From assembly GCA_903890885.1 (NCBI GenBank), contig CAITCX010000517.1:1-25706 (forward strand): a DNA stretch of 25,706 nucleotides, in the 5' to 3' direction. Below, in pieces: positions 23,481 through 25,706 of the stretch. Below the pieces are notes generated by a model, which had not been told where the DNA came from, did not search any database, and saw nothing but the letters and a program-made list of their open reading frames with translations. This DNA is from an uncultured Dehalococcoidia bacterium (lineage in GTDB: Bacteria; Chloroflexota; Dehalococcoidia; Dehalococcoidales; UBA3254). The position numbers and the translations under genes are program-made. How positions within the stretch are numbered: the stretch's first letter is position 1; every line of letters begins with the position of its first letter.

Positions 23481-25706
23481 TTGAATACCGATACCACCTT
23501 TATCACCAACGAAACTGAAAACACCCTGAGAGATCGCTTCAGGGTTCTTATTAAAGATACTCGTCTATTTGATGTACTGGTCGGTTTTTTCTTTACTAGC
23601 GGATTTTACGCCATTTATCGTTCTTTGGAAAAAACCGAGCATATCCGCATTCTGGTCGGCATCGGTACCGGCAAAGAGACCCTTGATTTGATCCGGCAGG
23701 TTAGCGTCCCTCAGCAGGGCAGCTTTGATTTTTCCCATGCCGAAGTCAAAGACCAGTATGCCGGCGCCGTAATCAGTGAAATGGAAAACTGTGAAGACAG
23801 CCAGGATGTGGAAGAGGGGATTCTCAAATTCAAGCAGTGGCTGATCAGCGGCAAGCTCGAAATTAAAGCCTATCCTTCCGCTAATTTACATGCCAAACTC
23901 TATATCATGACCTTTGCTGACGGGGATAAGGACGCCGGTCGGGTTATTACGGGCTCCAGCAATTTCACCCAGGCTGGTCTGGCCGATAATCTGGAATTTA
24001 ATGTTGAATTGAAAGATCGGGCGGACTACGCCTTTGCCTTGGCCAAATTCAATGAGCTGTGGGCAGAGGCTGTGGAGCTTAAAGACAAGTATCTGGATGT
24101 TATTGAAAATAAAACCTGGCCCAATTCGACTATTACCCCTTACGAGCTCTATTTGAAATTTCTCTATGAATATTTTAAAGAGAAGATCAACAAAGATCAG
24201 GAAACCCTCGAAAATGAAGATTTGCCCGATGACTTTTTAAAGTTGAAATATCAGGAAGATGCCGTTATCGATGCCAAAACTAAATTGGAAGAATACGGGG
24301 GTGTTTTCATCTCTGATGTGGTTGGTCTGGGCAAGACTTATATCTCTGCTATGTTGGCCAGGCAACTGGACGGCCGTAATCTGGTTATCGCTCCGCCGGT
24401 CTTGCTGGATAAAAAGAGTCCGGGTTCCTGGCCCAATGTTTTCTATGATTTCGGCGTTCCAGCCACCAAATTTGAATCTCTGGGTAAACTGGATAGTTTG
24501 ATCGAGCAGGGCGTTGAAAAATATAAAAATGTCTTTATCGATGAAGCTCACCGTTTTCGCACTGAAACTACTCAGTCCTATGAGAAGCTCGCTCAGATTT
24601 GCCGGGGCAAGCGCGTTATTTTAATCACTGCTACGCCTTTGAACAATTCTCCGCAGGATATCTTCAGTCAAATCAAGCTCTTTCAAAAGGCTCGTAAAAG
24701 CACCATCCCCAATCAGCCCGACCTGGAGAAATTCTTCGGCGGATTAAGTCGCAAGCTGGAAGGTCTGGATCGGGCTGAGGATTTTGATGCCTATATTAGT
24801 ATTGTCAAAGATAATTCCAACCAAATCCGCGAAAAAGTTCTCAAATATTTGATGGTGCGTCGCACCCGTGGCGAAATCAGCCGTTATTTCGCTGAAGACC
24901 TCAAACAGCAGGGCATGAAATTTCCAGCAGTTGCTGACCCGGCGGCGGTCTATTATCAGTTAAACGCCAATGAAGACCGGGTTTTTACCAGGACAGTTGA
25001 GCTGGCAGTCAAGGCCTTTCATTATTCTCGTTATACCCCCATGCTGGATTATCAGGGGCAGATCACCCAGCCGGAAGACCTGGCGCAGAAAAACATGCGC
25101 AAGTTTATGAAAATACTTCTCTTGAAAAGACTCGAAAGCAGTTTTTACGCTTTCCGCAAGACTTTGGGTCGTTTTATCCATTCATACGAACAGTTTATTG
25201 CCGAGTTCGATAAAGGCAATGTCTATATCAGTAAAAAGTACAGTAATAAACTCTTCGAGTTTTTGGAAAACGATGACGATGAAGCCATACAGCGTTTAAT
25301 CGATGAAGATAAGGTCCACCGCTATGATGCGGCCGACTTTAAGCCCGTTTTTCGTCCCAAATTAGAGGAAGATTTGAAGGTCTTGCATGAAATGCACGCC
25401 CTTTGGGAAACTGTCGATCGTGATCCTAAGCTTTTAACCTTCCTGGATATTTTAGCGGCTCATCCCGTCTTAAAAGAAAATAAGCTGATTATTTTTACCG
25501 AGTCTCGCGAGACCGCCGAATATTTAACAGCCAACATCCAGAAGAAGTACCCTGGCAAGGTTCTCCTGTATCATGGCAGTTTGGAGTCCTCCAGGCGTGA
25601 GCAGGTCATTAATAATTTTGATGCTCGGGCTCAACACCCGGATAATACTTACCGGATTTTGATTACTACCGAAGTTCTTTCAGAAGGCGTCAACCTCCAC
25701 CGTTCA
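23481..25706 (+). CDS. Phospholipase-D-like nuclease fused to an SF2 (SNF2-like) helicase, 3'-truncated by the window edge
   Basis: TTG 23481 after AAGGA; open for 742 codons to the edge. PLD HAK (23889)...ITGSSNFT; Walker A DVVGLGKT (GLGKT from 24324); DEAH (24540); motif III TAT; motif V TEVLSEGVNL. Absent from the ORF track. Confidence 0.92.
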   Translation, partial: MNTDTTFITNETENTLRDRFRVLIKDTRLFDVLVGFFFTSGFYAIYRSLEKTEHIRILVGIGTGKETLDLIRQVSVPQQGSFDFSHAEVKDQYAGAVISEMENCEDSQDVEEGILKFKQWLISGKLEIKAYPSANLHAKLYIMTFADGDKDAGRVITGSSNFTQAGLADNLEFNVELKDRADYAFALAKFNELWAEAVELKDKYLDVIENKTWPNSTITPYELYLKFLYEYFKEKINKDQETLENEDLPDDFLKLKYQEDAVIDAKTKLEEYGGVFISDVVGLGKTYISAMLARQLDGRNLVIAPPVLLDKKSPGSWPNVFYDFGVPATKFESLGKLDSLIEQGVEKYKNVFIDEAHRFRTETTQSYEKLAQICRGKRVILITATPLNNSPQDIFSQIKLFQKARKSTIPNQPDLEKFFGGLSRKLEGLDRAEDFDAYISIVKDNSNQIREKVLKYLMVRRTRGEISRYFAEDLKQQGMKFPAVADPAAVYYQLNANEDRVFTRTVELAVKAFHYSRYTPMLDYQGQITQPEDLAQKNMRKFMKILLLKRLESSFYAFRKTLGRFIHSYEQFIAEFDKGNVYISKKYSNKLFEFLENDDDEAIQRLIDEDKVHRYDAADFKPVFRPKLEEDLKVLHEMHALWETVDRDPKLLTFLDILAAHPVLKENKLIIFTESRETAEYLTANIQKKYPGKVLLYHGSLESSRREQVINNFDARAQHPDNTYRILITTEVLSEGVNLHRS

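Noticed and set aside
30-25181. The many short shadow ORFs in the track overlapping long genes (e.g. 437-727, 2782-3177, 11459-12139, 15864-16292, 21152-21916, 24237-24551)
   Set aside because: They are antisense or alternative-frame products of well-supported CDSs, with no independent motifs or RBS.

Overview
A ~25.7 kb accessory (plastic) region of a bacterial genome. Gene content and style suggest Chloroflexota/Dehalococcoidia, but that is inference only. Left to right: the 3' end of a trypsin-like serine protease; a cupin; a terminator-bearing leader followed by a decayed surface-protein gene; a 1047-aa double-LRR (internalin-like) surface protein with a VPELP-type C-terminal sorting signal; a SIMPL lipoprotein; a 7-bladed beta-propeller lipoprotein built of 120-bp repeats; an AbiEi/AbiEii type IV TA pair; a secreted mucin-like/C2-like protein; an HTH-MNT/HEPN TA pair; a TetR-HlyD-tandem ATPase-permease ABC operon; and a TIGR04076-like gene. 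Next comes a decayed tRNA-Arg(TCG) 3' fragment with nearby TAGCAAA repeats, read as the att end of an integrative element extending to the right. Inside it lie an 890-aa protein with an embedded rubredoxin and a split beta/gamma-crystallin-like C-terminus, and a 3'-truncated PLD-SF2 helicase that is missing from the ORF track. The most unexplained signal is a non-coding element of 11-bp-phased G(T/A)GAG(A/G)A boxes plus TATAAT, found four times at module junctions (10.6, 13.8, 20.3, 23.3 kb). All family calls come from motifs read by eye; no database searches were run.
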